Positions 26,461-41,045 of a DNA stretch of 64,000 bases are shown here, one piece after another. The notes beneath the pieces are model-generated. The model made no database searches and was not told the DNA's origin. It saw only the letters and a list, made by a program, of their open reading frames with translations. Source of the DNA: Hemiscyllium ocellatum (taxonomy: Eukaryota). The stretch is taken from assembly GCF_020745735.1 (NCBI RefSeq), contig NC_083450.1:10599883-10663882 (forward strand), read 5' to 3'. Position 1 is the stretch's first letter, and every line of letters begins with the position of its first letter. A program made the position numbers and the translations under genes.

Positions 26461-28089
26461 ATTGAGTTCTTTGTCTTTGCTCTTATGTTCTTATCTTTAC
26501 GTGTGCACCAAGAGGACACGTTGCTCAGTTTTATGCTTATTTCTAATATATGATGTTCTGCCAATTCGTGATTTGCAACTTGAAGTGCACATATTAAATG
26601 TGAAGTCACTATCGACAAGTACGGTCCTGGCATTGGCTGAATGTTATTTTCACTTGCCGCCGAGACATGTTATTCCCAACATCCATAAATGTGGGGATTA
26701 CTGTTTGAAACTGTCTTCTTTGTTTGGATATATTAAGGTGCAATGGGCCCCTCTGAATCTCAAACATCAAATTTCAAAATATCTTAAGAAATATATTGTA
26801 GAATATGAATTATATCTGCTCATCAAAACAGCTGGTGCACACGATGTCGAGGATGATAGCGTGTGAAGTGCAATATTTTATTTGCAAGATGGATGCAAGG
26901 GAGTTGTGTGAACTGACAATACGAAGCTTTCCAGCAGATGAGTTTTGGTGTTGGGAATTCTGTCTGAGCACTTCATGCAGCAGATAAATGCGAAGCAAGG
27001 GATGCAGAATAAATCTAACTGTTTACTTGACTCCAGCATACTGCAGTCCCCATAGCGTTTTATTTTGTTTCATTGAGTCATGGCATGTGAATAATCCTGG
27101 TTATGCCAGTATTTATTCATCATTCTTAATTGCACTTGAAAGTGTGGAACTAAGATACTGTTTTGAAAAAAATGCCACAGATGTTACTCCTGAATATTCT
27201 CCATTTACTCAATCTCTTCATGTGCAGTCACTGTCTTCCTATGGCTGCATTATCACATCATTTTTTTTTCTATTGTCCAGTGTGGACACAAACCCCGGAT
27301 TGTAATAACGCTTTGTGAAAATTCTCCAATCATTCTGCAAGCATGAAACAGATAATCAGCTTGCTTCACATTTTATTTTCCACCTCTCATCATGGTCACG
27401 TGTCGAACATCATACGACGGAAGTATTGCTTTGAAGCTCATTTGGAATTTTGAAAAACAGCAGTTTTTCAAACTAGGTAACCTAATGCCTTCTGGATTCA
27501 ACACTGAGTTTAAAAAAATCGACATTCACACACGCTGCTCATCCTTTGGTCTTTTTTTGTATTTTTTAAATTGATTTTCAAAATTTTGTGAAGAGCTATT
27601 TATGTTCATGATATCGCGTTGGATAAATGCATCCCCTTTTACTAGAGCCATACTCCACCTGTTGCCCATATGTCTATCTCCTATTTAAAATGTTGCATAT
27701 ACTCTACCCAATCTTGAAGTTATGTTTCTTTTTTTCTGGGCAAATAACAAATGTTACAAAATTCATGAAGTTTCTGCCCTCTTTAATTTCTAATGAAGAG
27801 AAATCTTAACTATTTACTGTTTACACAATGTTTGCAAACAAACTGACTATTCATCACACTTTCTGAAATTCTGACTAATATTTCACTTCATGTCCTCTAT
27901 ACATTATCCAGAGTTTATCAGAAGCAGGATTCTCCCCTGTCCTTTTACTCTATACTTCGTTGTGTCTTGTTATTTCTTTAGATGTTATGCCATCTCTACC
28001 TATTTAGTTTATGAGCGATAAATGCCAATTATATTATAGAACAGTTGCCAATCTAGATAAGTCAGTTTTGTGAGCCATTGCATGATAGC

Positions 28090-28650
28090 AGAATCATAGA
28101 TTTATAGAGACACACAACAGAGAAAAGGCCCTCGGTACATCGAGCATGTGCTGACCTATCTGAACGAATCCCACTTCCCAACATTTGGTCCAAACCTTGG
28201 CTTATAACATTGCAAGTGCTCATTCACATACTGTTGTTAAGTTCTGAGGTTTCCCGCTTTACTACATTCCCGAAAGTTTATTTCAGAATCTCACCACCTT
28301 CTGGCGAAAGAAAATTCTGAAACCTCTCTAAGACTTATTTCCTTCAACGTAAACTTAGATCCCCAACCCCTCATTATAGACTTTTCAATTCAAGGGAACA
28401 GGTAAATCGCTTCTATCCTGTCCGTGACCCTCATTATTTTATAAACATTGGGATGCCACACTTTCATCCTTCTCTGCTCCAAAGGTATCATTCCAAGGCT
28501 ATGCAATCTCTCTTCATAACAAATTGCTTCAACCCAAGCAACATGGAGCATGGAAAAGATCAACACTGGAAAAAAGTCCTTCGACTACAGTGTCATGGCT
28601 GACCATGATGCCATTTGAAATAAAGTCCAACTGCCTGATCATGATCCGTT
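28090..28650 (-). mobile_element. Highly decayed CR1 3' end
   Basis: Reverse-oriented CR1 tail (catagatttatagagacacacaacagagaaaaggccc) with RT-end homology. Confidence 0.6.
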
Positions 28651-29169
28651 TTTGTTATTGTTCACATGTCTATCTTAATGCCTGTGAATCGTTTCTATAA
28701 CGCTAGATGTAACACCGCCATGGCACTGCTTTCCAGGCACTGAGAACCTTCTGTGTCTCTCACAGTTATTTACACTTTGCCTCTTCACAACTTAAAACTA
28801 TAGCATTTTGCCTTGGTCATTTCGCCGCATCGATAAAGAATCTGACTATCACACAGGTTGCATGAGTAATTTTGACTTTGAAATGAATAATGCATTGGAT
28901 GAAATACGGCATTATTTAAGTGGCATACACTACATCAGTCCCGGGAATGAAGCAACAATGCAATACATTACTCATCCAATAAACGTGATTTGATGCGATT
29001 GCAGTTCTTGTTAATTTGTATTTGCCATTACCTTTGCTGCTCGTTCGTCAGTAAGTTGTCTACTTTAACTGCAGTGAATATTGAATTCGTGGATAGACCA
29101 CGGTGGGTTACAATTGTTCAGATAAAACTGGAAGAAGCATTGCCAAAATGAATGTGAATGTGAGCATTT

Positions 29170-29700
29170 TTGAATTTATTATTCATTTACAGGATGTAGG
29201 CTTCGCTGACCAGACCAGCATTTATTACTCACTCCTAATTACCCAGAGGGCATTTAAGAGTCAACGACATTGGTGTGGGTCTAAAGTCATATGTAGAGCA
29301 GACCACGTAATGATAACAGCTTACTTCGCTAAAGAACAATCGTGAATCAGATTGAACTTTCCTGGTAACCGGCAGATTCATCATATATCCAGATTTCTCA
29401 TTGAATTTGCATTCCGCCCGTTGCCACGGCAGAATTCGAACTTGAGTCTCCAGAAATTTCCTGGATCCCTCAATTAGCATTCCAGCTGTAATACAAGTCA
29501 TCTGTCACCTCTCCTTTAGATCGCATTGCAGACTGACACTGAGCACTGCCTTATTGTATTTCCTACAGGCTTAAATCACCTTTTTACTTCATATTTGGGG
29601 GATGTGGGCGTTGGTCGATGACCAGCATTTATTGCCGCCCAGAGTTGCACATGAGAACGTGATGGTTGTCTGCATTTTTGAACCGTTTCAGTCCACCTAA
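29170..29700 (-). mobile_element. DeuSINE/SacSINE1-like SINE fragments
   Basis: ccagcatttatt..cctaatt motifs, with a tRNA-like head at the right end on the minus strand. A related copy lies at about 36600-36910. Confidence 0.6.
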
Positions 29701-30582
29701 AGACGCTTAGTAGTTGTCTCGTTATCCTTAAGGATTCTGCTTAAAGTAAGTCTTCCTATGAGGCGTAGTAGATACTTGAACAATGGTATAACCTGTCCAC
29801 ATCCAACTGCAACAATCCTCTCTTTTGTAGATCAACTTTAATGCACCGACATTTGGTCCAAACCAAATTCCTTCTGCTACCATCTCAACATATATACAGG
29901 CACATTTTCATGCATGTATGTTTATGAATGTACGGTTGCCATCTTCTGGAAAATCCCTCCCTTTCCTCGCCTTAAAACTTTTTCATGCGCTCACATCCTT
30001 CAGGAAACGTAACTGGGAACACAACAATTTCTGCCATTGGACCTTTCAAATTTCTGACATTGCCTTCTCCAGTCTTAGTTCTATTTGGGTAGACATATCC
30101 CATGCACTACTTTTCCATAGAAAAGAGCATTCTTTTTTGCTCTCCTTGAGCATATAATTATGCAGTCTTGAGTTCAGCTTCTGCCATACTACACTTTAGG
30201 TTCATCCATTCAGCATCAGTCTGTCGATGTCCATCTTGTATCTTTCTGTTCTCACATTCACGTCGTTTTTGAAAACATGAAACTTGCTTGAACCGACCAC
30301 ATTAAACTATGATCTTCTAAAATCCAGCATCATAAAAAGCTATAACTCATTTCCGTCATTCCAAGCCTCTCTATGCTGTTTGGATGAAATTGAAGGCGTA
30401 TACTGTACATTTGAGACAGCGTGAAAGCTGTTTTGCACTGAGATATTACAAGCACCTGTCAAATGACTAGCTGGCAGTCCCAGCCTGTACTGGAAAATTG
30501 AAAATATGTAACAATTAGTTGTGAAATCGAACGGAAGTTGGTTGCTGTTTTGATAACAATTCGAATTCATCCAAACAGTTTA

Positions 30583-32043
30583 AATTATGACCCAGAATAC
30601 AGAAAGCCAATCTAGTTTGAATTTTTTTTTTTGCCAACGTTTAACCAATGAGACTATCCGGTGCTGGGGATATAAACAAAAAGACAAGTATTTGGGAAGT
30701 CAGAGAGAGTACCTGCTATTGACAGATACCTGCTATAGAGAGACTAACTGCCATCGAGAAAAATCCAAGAGCTTGAAACATTCTGTATCAAAAGTGCCTT
30801 TTTTGTCTGAAACATATTCTCAGTAAGAGAAAGAACGAGACCCAGGGCGATCCTCAACTGAATGATGAAAGCCACCAGAGACGACAGATCGCTTTGAAAT
30901 TAAGTTGATGTAATTTTAGTAAGTGCTTATTGGAACAGCGTATTGTTCGAGAGTTGGAGGCAGTTTATGAACAGTTAAGAGAAATAGGATCTGAGAATTT
31001 TGAATAGTTGTTCTTTAATGTACAAGTGGAAATTTGGAGTTCTCTGTCTCTTATGTTTTAACAGATTATGAGACGGTTTGAGCTTTTCTGGGTGTTTGGC
31101 AAAATTAACAGAGGGGTTCACCTTCGTGTCATTACACTGTATCAGGCCAAATTTAAACGCAAATTTGGAAATCTACATCTTCCTGTTCCCTGCCCTCGCA
31201 GAGTATTGAAGGGAGTACCTTAAAGCGAATCTTAAATCTGAGTAAATCATTACAAGTTGATCGTTGCCAATACGATGCCGGAGAGTCTTCAGAGTCAAAC
31301 AGCAAGACTCTCTGCTGGTAACAGCTCAAAACATTTTTGTGTCACAATGGTGGCATAAACATCGGTAGCAATAAATGACATGACAATCATTTACTTCAAA
31401 AACAAGATCCCGCTTATCAGGATAATGATGTAACTTTTAAAAGGTTAAACTGTCTTGGATTTCTTTTGAAGAGCAGTTGTAAAGGAAGACGTGAAGAACT
31501 ATCTAATGAAGATGGCTTAAATAAACAACTTATGTGACTTTTTTTGGAAGAATGGAAGCAGTTGGATTGGGAATAACCAGCTCTCACAAATCAGGCTTTC
31601 TCTTTTATTTTTAGCTGTAGCAGTCAGCTGTTTGGGGTCTCAGAAGAGGTGGAACTTTCGGAAAGATTCTTAATTTCTGTGGAAGTTCTCTTTATTTTTT
31701 CCTCCCCCTGGATTAGAAAACTGAACGTAAGAAGCTATAACTGACTTTGCCTTTCTGCCATTGCGGTGTTTGCGGGATGTTACCATATTGGAATAATTAA
31801 TTAATAATGGACATTTTATTTGTTATTCGCATAAATCATTCAATAGTTAAGGTTTTCTAAATTCATCTTTCTTTCGTTTTGCTTTAACTATGGCGATTAA
31901 GTAAGTTGTTTTGCTTAACCTCGAGCATTATCACCAGTCATATCATATCCGGAATGCACACGACGCATCTAACTTTAAAATAACAAAACGTTAGTGTCTG
32001 GGCTACCTTACTAAAATATCTTGAGGAAATCTGGTCCATAATA
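30583..32043 (+). mobile_element. Probable solo LTR of a Gypsy-type element
   Basis: Starts with a degenerate tgttatgacc-like sequence and ends gttagtgtctgggctacctt..tctggtccataa, the same motif as at 9090-9149. No TSD was found. Confidence 0.5.
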
Positions 32044-33739
32044 ATCTTTGACCCGTTGTCCACCTTAAATATTTATTCTTCCACGTTAGGTAATGTTTTT
32101 TAGACTCAACGATGGCAAATGGTAGCTGTTAATGCCTTTTGTTTTGCGTGTTGACTTTGGATGTTTTAAACAGGGTGCGTATTTTTGACTAGTGGTTTGT
32201 TCAGCAACTAAGAGATTTCTGGAGGTGGAAGAAGTGACTTCGTGGATATTACAAAAAAAAATAGGCACAAGGCAAAGCTGTTTGGATTGGTAGGCAAGCT
32301 GTAGTTAGGGTTGCCTGAGTCTGAGAGAAAAGGAGAGATAATTTGAGCAATATCTCGGCATTTAAAATTACTGGCAATGCCATTAGAATCTTGGGAAATG
32401 ACTGGAATTCAATTGCAAGTGGAGCAGCTTGAACATGAAAAGGCAATGACACAGTAGAAGTGAACATTAGATTGTGTTCATCAATGCTCGAGTACATTCT
32501 GATACAATAATGCTATCAACTTCAACCATTTTCTCATTGACTTTCCCACCATTTCAGGATCAGACATGGGGAAGTTAAGTTATGATTGCAAATGTCCACA
32601 ACAATGACCATTCCTCAGAGTTTAAAACTGGGTGTGCCAATTTTCAGTGACCTTGAGAAAGATCTCCGGTTTTGAACAGATAAGGACAAAAACCACTCAG
32701 ACTACAGAAGTGAAAATGAACGAAAATCTTCAACAAAACTGACTGAATCTATCTCTATTTGACAAGCAAGAAGATTAACTGCTGCTGTAAGAAAGATAAT
32801 CTGTCACTAATAATGCTGCAGGACAACTTAACCTGAGTCTCAGCTAATATTTTGTGGTAACAGTTAAACATTAGCTGGTGGGATAGAGATAAAAATTGAA
32901 ATTTCGAATCGGAAGCTATTTTCCTTAAAATTGAGGGCGAAATTATCATCACTGTAAGTATAAAATCGAAACTGATTCACTCATATCTAATGGGAAGGCG
33001 ATATTCCATTAGTACAATTGCTGGCAGGTATCACAATCCAAACACAAAAATGTCTTTGACGTTTCCTTGCCCTCAAGAATGGTTTTGTCAATGATGCCGT
33101 TATCCATTACAAGAATAAACAAAGATTAATGAATCTAAAATGGTTATCATTTTGGGGGTAATTAGGAACTGATGTGAACAAACTTAAAAATACTGCAGAA
33201 GACCATGAGAAAGTGCATGGCAATGAATTCTGAAGTGAGTAACATATTTTTAACTTCCAAAATCTAGTACCACATAAAAAGCATAGGCCAAGATTTGCGT
33301 GAATGAAAGTAGTTCCATAATGCGCACGATTTTCCGTATTATCTAAGAAAAAACAGCTTGATTGTATGCTGTCCGCTACCTTAAAATTTGCAATCCCTTT
33401 TCACAATAAGAGTAGTGCTGCATAAGATGCGCTATGAAAATTCTCCAAAGCTCCCTGGGCAGCTTCTGCTAAATCTTTGGATTCACAAACAAAAAATAAA
33501 TCAGTAGTTGAATAGGAAGGCTGTCATCAGCACGTCCCTTCCAAGTCGCAAACCAATATGACTTGAAATAAATATCGCTATTTCTCGACTCTTATTAAAT
33601 GTCTTAAAAAGTGCATGATCTTTATTTCATCGTCACTGTTTCTGTAGAAAGGGGAGGAAATAAGCCTCAAACTGCCTTCACAGTAGGAGGTGGATAATTG
33701 TTGAAGCACGGAAATGTATACATATTTTTAAAAAGTGCT

Positions 33740-34320
33740 GCTGGTCCTAGACCTCTGTATGTGACCAACATTTAAGAGTCGTGAGATCTTGTTTCAGCTC
33801 TATAAAACTTTGGTTAGACTGCGCTTGGAATACTGCATCCAATTCTTGTCGCCCTATTATAGGAAAGATATTGATGCTTTGGAGAGGGTACACAGGAGGT
33901 TTACCAGGATGCTGCCTGGACTGGAGGGCTTATCTTATGAAGTGAGAATGACTTAGGTAGGACCTTTTTCATTGGAGAAAAGGAGAGGGAACCTAACTGA
34001 GGTATACAAGAGGCATAGATAGAGTCGATAGGCAGAGACTATTCCCAGGGCAGAAAGGGCTAACACGTGGGGTCATAGTTTTAAGCTGGTTGAAGGAAAG
34101 GATAGAGGGGATGTCAGAGGCGGCTTCTTTACACAGAAAGTTGTGAGATCATGGAATGCGTTGCCAGCAGCAGTTGTGGAAGCAAGGTCATTGGGAATAT
34201 TTAAGAGACTGCATATGCTCACAGAAATTTGAGGGTGCATACATGAGGATCAATGGTCGTCACAACATCGTGGGCTGAAGGGCCTTTTCTGTGCTGTACT
34301 GTTCTATATCCTATGTTCTA
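33740..34320 (+). mobile_element. CR1 LINE 3' end
   Basis: YKTLVRLRLEYCIQF..RRFTRMLPGL peptides and a ttctatatcctatgttcta tail. Confidence 0.9.
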
Positions 34321-35800
34321 TTTATCTAGCAAAGTGCAACCCCAGAAAGTGAGAATGGAAATATTTGGACCTGAGATAAGTAAATGAAAAAAAAAATCCT
34401 TTCTGTAGTGGATCTCAAGGATCCTCATTGACTCCCAGGATGTGTTCAAAAGGAAATGGCACTGTTTGCAAACGTTAGGAAAGAATGAACTGATCCCCAA
34501 AATGCTGGAGCACGTGCAGGTTTGCATGGTACTAATAATGCAATAAGATAAACAGAAAACTACTGTTTGAAACTCCTGATGAGAAATACAAAGCAAAACT
34601 TTCAAATAGCGGCACTGTTGCTTTTCATTCTTATGCTCAAATCAGATATGGATACACGTGACAAGACTGCCTGTGCCATGCCACTCGTCCTTAGCTCCTT
34701 AGGCACTCGCAAAGTCAGTGAAGAAATGAAGTATATTTGTCACCCAGAATCTGAGAATAGACAGTTAATAAATGAATAATGAATGAAATAACCAGATTGT
34801 GCCATTAGTGCAGAGGGTGCAATTAACATTTCTGCAAATCAACGGGTGGAAAAGACACAAGAAAATGTTAACTATGCAATCATTAGAAGAGTGGGCATAA
34901 GCAGTGCATGGTCTGACAAGTGTCCAGATGGGCTTTATATTTTCATCTTTGAAGAGTTATCAATTGAGATAATTGATACCATTGGAACTCTCGCTGATTT
35001 TTCATGGTTCATTTTCATTTTACTAATATTGGTTAGTCGTTGTGGACTAGATCTGTGAACTGAAGATGAGACTTGAATTGTGAACAGTAACTTATGTTTG
35101 TATAAATACCTAACACGCTGTTGTATGTTTGTGAGGCAAAGTCTAGAAATTAATTTTATAAATGTTTCTGGATCAAAAAGTTGCATTAATTATTCTGAAA
35201 AACAGGAGAGAAGTATCCTTGCTCAGATAGGGGATATTGACCATGAGCGAGATAGGTGCTTGTAAATTGGTTCCAGTTTATCTGGGAGAACGTTATGCTC
35301 TGCAGATGATAGGTGTTGAATGGAAACTGAGAGCTCACGAGTAGACCGTCATTTCCTCAGTGAGAGACCAAAGTTTGAAATTTGTATTGCGTTATGTTTT
35401 CTAAGAGCATTTAGATTGTTGACTCTGCATGATGTATATTTGAAAGCTCCTTGCCCGACTGTCAGCTATTTAAAGTTTTGACAAAGAAAACTAAGGTGTA
35501 ATTATTACTGACTTTCTCAGGATGAACTGAAAAAGCTGGGCCCGACTGACATGTTCAGAAAATCATGAATGAAACAATCACCTGTACCTGTAGGCAACAT
35601 GTTTTGAAAACACAGAACCCATCTGTTTAGTTTTGTTATTTTATTTCATTTATCCCATTGATGTCGTTGTTTGTCTGTCTTTTCTATTAATGAAGCTGGA
35701 AAGAAACCTTACTGGTTCTATATCATAGACATCAGTTAGATTGTTTTGTTGTTAATTTTCTTCTGCAAAAATAACTATTTTTTAGAAATTTGCCTAGACC

Positions 35801-37470
35801 TTTTTGGTTTAATTTGCAGACTCAGTCCATAGATGGCTCTTTGCACACTCTGAAATTCGTTATTTAAATAGTCTGGTCCAACTATTGGTGTTATGTTTTG
35901 AGAGTCTTTAACGATTTAAATTTACTGTGTTTCGGTTCCATAGGCAGAAGTCAGATTTCGGCCAACTTTCTTTCTTCGTGCTGTAACAATACATTAGCGT
36001 TAATTTTCCACAACTCCTATGATTAATGAAATTAGATCAAGCTGGTAAGCAGCAAACATAATAACTCTGTTCAAGAAGGAGAAAAGGATATAATACGAAG
36101 TCATGCAAGTTAGCTAGTAGCACAAAAACGTCAGCGGAATTCAGCTAATAAAGAGGTTACAGCTGCACACCACAGGTATTTTACAAAACTGTACATGGGG
36201 TAGTGAATATCATTAACATCACTCATAGAGACAAGGATGCGTCACAGCCTTCAATTTATTTTTTTGACTTCATTTCTGTCAGTAATCTGTTTGAATTGTC
36301 GGTCAGTGTCATTACTTGTAAACTGCAAATATATTACTTTCAGTATTATGGAATGTTATGTTGCTTGAGAATGGATAAAGTGTATCCAGACTAACATTAG
36401 AAATAGTTCAAAAACACAGAAAAAGTATTTCATTCTCATCTTGCTTTATTGAATCTATAAATTGCGTTAAAAAGCATAGGTAAGATAATCACAATCAATG
36501 TTTTCCCTGTATTAGGCACGAGCAGTCAACAAAATTTAGAATACCAATAAATGAACTTAAAACCATACATGTATAGTAAGGATTTTTAAAAAAATGAATG
36601 CAAGGTGAGTTCATAACACGAGCAAGGCCAGCATTCGTTGCTCATTCCTGGTTGGCCAGAGGAGGATGTCTGAGCGTCAACTGAATGAAGGTGTGGAGTT
36701 ACATTTGGCAGACCTGATAACGAATGCACGTTTACTTCCATTAGTTAAGCAGATGGGAATTTCAAACTTTTGACAATAGTCTCTTGGTCATCAGTCGTTC
36801 CTTACTTCCAGATTTTTAAAAAAAACATTAGTTCAAATTCAAATTCAACCAGCTGCCATGGCAGTGTTCAAACCCAGTTGTGGTCCACAAGTAATAGCCT
36901 TGCAATAATGACAGGAGCTCCTTGCTTCCACTGATGTGCTTGTTTATGGCAAGGGGAGAAGATTTACCGATACATAACTGCCACTAATAGCATGCTGCAG
37001 TACTTTATCCTGAATTGCTATTCACGAAAACTTGTTAAGATGCTAGTTAGAGGATAAGTCAATAATTGATGTCAGGCGGAGGTGTGTACTACACATGTTG
37101 GAGATTAGAATCAAGATTAGAGTAGTGCTGGAAAAGCACTGCAGGTCAGGGAGCATCTCAGGAGCAGGAAAATCGATGTGTCGGGCAACTTTTTTTTTGG
37201 TTTGATTTGCAGGCCAAGTCCATAGAGGGTTCTTAGCACACTCTGGAATTCGTCAATTAAAAAGTCTGGTACAACTATTAAAGTTATTTTTGAGTGTCGT
37301 TAACGATTTTAAATTTACCGTGTTTCGACTCCAGAGGCGGAATTCAGATTTTTGCCAACTTTCTTTCTCAATTATAACTCCCTACGATGAAAGAAATTTT
37401 ATTGAAAATCAAAAATTATTTAATTCCAATTCTTGCTTTATTTAACTTGTGAATTTCGTTAAGAATTAAC
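35801..37470. repeat. Local dispersed duplication (copy 1 about 35801-36030 plus 36420-36476; copy 2 about 37193-37466)
   Basis: Collinear, roughly 80% similar non-TE-looking sequence, e.g. gtccatagatggctctttgcacactctgaaattcg versus gtccatagagggttcttagcacactctggaattcg. Confidence 0.85.
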
Positions 37471-37589
37471 ACATTCCGAGGAGCAGGAAAATCGATGTTT
37501 CGGGAAAACGCCCTTAAACTGGATGCTGATGTCACTTCAACGCTCTGCCGATCATCATGCCCTAACTAAACTACTTTAACAAACCTTCT

Positions 37590-38350
37590 GCCTGTTTTCG
37601 GTACATATCCTCATGTTCCCTCCCTATTCTTGTAAACATCCAGATGCCTCTTTATTATAACCAATGTGCCTGCTTCTACCACCTCTTCTGGCAGCACCTT
37701 CCAGGCTTCTATCACTCTCTGTGTGAAAAACGTACCTCTAAAATCTTCCTTAAACTTTTGCACTTTTAGCTTGGAACAATGCTGCCTTGTAATGGAATCT
37801 TCAATCCTGGGATAAAGCCTCTGGCTATCCATCCCATCTGTGCCTCTCATAATTTTGTAACCTCCATCAGGTTTCCTCGCAGCCGCCATCTTTCCAGTGA
37901 AAGCAATCCTAGTCTTACTAAACTTTCCTCACTGCAAATGCATTCGAAACCAAACAACGTCCTGATGAACCCTCTCTGAACTCTCCCAAATACCTCACGT
38001 CCTTTTGATAGTGTAGCAACCAAACCTGCACACAATACTCCAAATGCAGCGAAGCAAGGTTAATATACCTGACACGTGATTTGCCAACGTTTGTTTCTAT
38101 GCCTTGGCCTATGGAGACAAGTATGTCATACGCCTTCTTAATCACTTTGACCACCTGTGTTGTCACTTTTAAGGAACTGGGAACATGCATGCCCAGATCT
38201 GTCTGCACATTAATATGCATCAGGGTTCTGCCATGTACACCATAATGCACACTTATATTTGATCCTCCAAAATGCATGACCTCACATTTGTCTGGAGTAA
38301 ACTCCAATTGCCATTTCCATGTCAACTTCGCCATACGATCTAAGTCCTGT
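37590..38350 (-). mobile_element. CR1 LINE 3' part
   Basis: WQLEFTPDKCEVMHFG and LLSLERWRLRGNL peptides. Confidence 0.9.
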
Positions 38351-38399
38351 TATATCCTTTCATAATCGTTGGTACCATCCTGCTACTCAAATAATAAAC

Positions 38400-39550
38400 T
38401 GTCTCTGCCAATATCTGCTCTCAGGATGAGCGATTCAAACACAGAAAATGTCAGATGCCCTCGTAATTTAAAGACTGTAATTTCCCCCCATGTGACCAGC
38501 AGTACCCTCAATCACATCAGCAACATTTCCCACACAACTCCCATCAAACCCCTCTCCCCATTCCAACAAGGATAGAATGCCATTGGTTCTCAAATTCCAC
38601 ACCACCAATCTCCATTTTCAACGTATACAACTGCAATTTTCACCACCTACTCTGAGGGCCCACTACCACAAATATATTTACCTCTCAACTGCATCTACAT
38701 TCCTTCGGGACCATTCCCTCCATGACTTTCTCATTAAGTCCACACTCTCCACCTACTCTCTCTCCACACCTGGCATCTTCCTCTGCCGCTGTAAGGGGTG
38801 CAAAACCTGCGCACGCACCTTGCCCATCAACTCAGTTCGTGACCCTTGAAGATGATTCCAAATCTGGCTGAGATTTACCAGTATATCATCAAACCTTGTG
38901 TATTGCATCCGCTGATGTCGATGTGATCTCCTCTATTTCGGAGGGATAGAGCACAAATTTACAAAACTATTCAGAGAAAATCTGTGGTCCATGCACACCA
39001 ATCAACCTCACCTTCCTGTGGTCACTTTAACTCGCCCTCCCACAACCCCGATGACATGTCCATCCTGGACCTCCTCCATCGCATGCAGAAGGCCAACTGC
39101 AGACTGAAGAAGGAATACATTATATTCAGTCTCAGGAATCTATAATCACTTGGCACCAACACTGAATTTACCAGTCTCTCCTCCACTCACCCCATCCCAG
39201 ATACAGCCCTCTGACTCAGTCTGCCATCTTAACCTGACCTAGATTTCCAACTTCCTTTGCACCTCTCCGTTTTGCACTTCCTTACGATCTATCAATATAA
39301 CCTACTACCTCTGCTAAACTGTCACCTTACTATTTGCTTTGCCCCGCTTTGGGCACTCAAGGACCAGCCTGACCTCCCAGTTAGCTCCCATTTAAAATGT
39401 CCTGCCCATTCACTCTCCGTCATGAGAATTCTCTCACTCTTCAACTGCCACAGTGAATCATATAACAACTGGAGTAACAGCATGTTCTATTGCAGCTAAG
39501 CAGTTTAGAGTCCAGACGATTCAACATTGAGCTCTCCAATTTGAAATGAC
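38400..39550 (+). mobile_element. Decayed Penelope-like element (RT C-terminus and GIY-YIG)
   Basis: PLVLKFH..FLRDHSL..CKTC..SSNLVYCIR peptides. Confidence 0.8.
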
Positions 39551-39714
39551 ATCCCTTCCTATCCCCGTTCCTTCATGCTACGATGTCCCTTGTCATCCAG
39601 TGTTCATGAATCCTGCCATTCTTCATTCTTCCGGGGTCACGCATGTCCTGCACTTTAATCAACTGATTTTTAAAAGCCTTCCACATGCCAGACATAGATT
39701 TGTTCTCAAATAAG

Positions 39715-41045
39715 TTTTGTTCCAAAAGGGGAGGAGAGACAAAACTGGTAATTGTAGACCAGAGAGCCTTAGATTGTTGGTAAAGTGTTGGAAAATTTTT
39801 AGAGATAGGATTTGTAATCATCAAAAACGGAATAAGTTGATTAGGGATAGTCAAAACAGTTTTGTGAGGGCAGGTCGTGCCTCACAAACTTTATTGTCCT
39901 CTTTAAGAACGTGACCAAACAGGTGGAAGAGTGTAGCGGATGATGTGTTGCATATGTATTTCATGAAGGTTTTTGATAAGCTTGCCCAAGGTAGGCTATT
40001 GCACAAAATATGGAGGCGTGGGATTGTGAGTGATTTATTGGTTTTGATCAGAAATTGGCCAGCGGAAAGAAAACAGATGGTGGTGGTTGGTGGGAAATGT
40101 TCATCCTGGAGTCCACTGCTGTTTGTCATTTTTATAAATGACCTAGATGAAGGCACACAAGGATGGGTTAGTAAATTTGCGAATAGCGCTAAGGTCCGGA
40201 GAGATATGAATAGTGTTGTAGGTTACAGATGGATATTGATAAGCTGCAGGGCTATGCTGAGAGATGGCACATGTAATATAACGCAGAAACATCTGAGTTG
40301 ATTCCTTTTTGGACGGAGGAACAGGAATGCAAAGCACTGGGCTAATGGTAAGATTCTTGGTAGTGTCGAGGAGCAGAGAGATCTCGGTGTCCATGTACTT
40401 AGATCCCTGAACGTTGCCACCCAGGTTGATCGGGTTATTAAGAAGGCATGCAGTGTTTTAGTTTTTATTGTTAGAGGGATGAGTCTTGGAACCATAAGAT
40501 CATGTTGCAAGTGTATAAATCACTGGTGTGGCCGCACTTGGAGTATTGCTTCCAGTTCTGCTCATGGCATTATGGGAAGGATGTGGAAGTTTTGAAAAGG
40601 TTTCAAAGGATATTTGCTCAGATGTTGCTGGTATGGAAGGAAGGTCATATGAGGAATGGCTGAGGGAGTGAGGTTGCTTTTGTTAGAGAGAATAAGGTGA
40701 CTTAATTGATGTATAAAAGATAAACAGAAAGTTAGATAGGATAGACTGTGAGAGTTTTTATCCTCGAATGCTGATGGCTAGCACGAGAGGACATAGCTTT
40801 AATTTGAGGAGTGATAGATACAGGACAGATGTCAGAGTTAGTGTGTTTAATCAGAGAGTACTGGAGCGTGGAAGGTACTGCCTGCAACAGTGGCCAAATC
40901 GCCAACTTTAACAGTATTTAAATTGTCTTTGGATAGACTTATGGACTAGTGGAATTGAGATCGGCTTCGGATTGATTTCACACATCAGCGCAAAATCGAG
41001 GCTGAAGAGCCAGTATTGCACTGTAATGTTCTATGTTCGAATGTT
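39715..41045 (+). mobile_element. CR1 LINE RT to 3' tail
   Basis: YFMKVFDKL..PLLFVIFINDLD..SKFA peptides and a ttctatgttc tail. Confidence 0.9.

Noticed and set aside
34810-35058. Plus-strand ORF with ITIM-like VNYAII
   Set aside because: Isolated, on the opposite strand to the receptor gene, and with no supporting exon chain.
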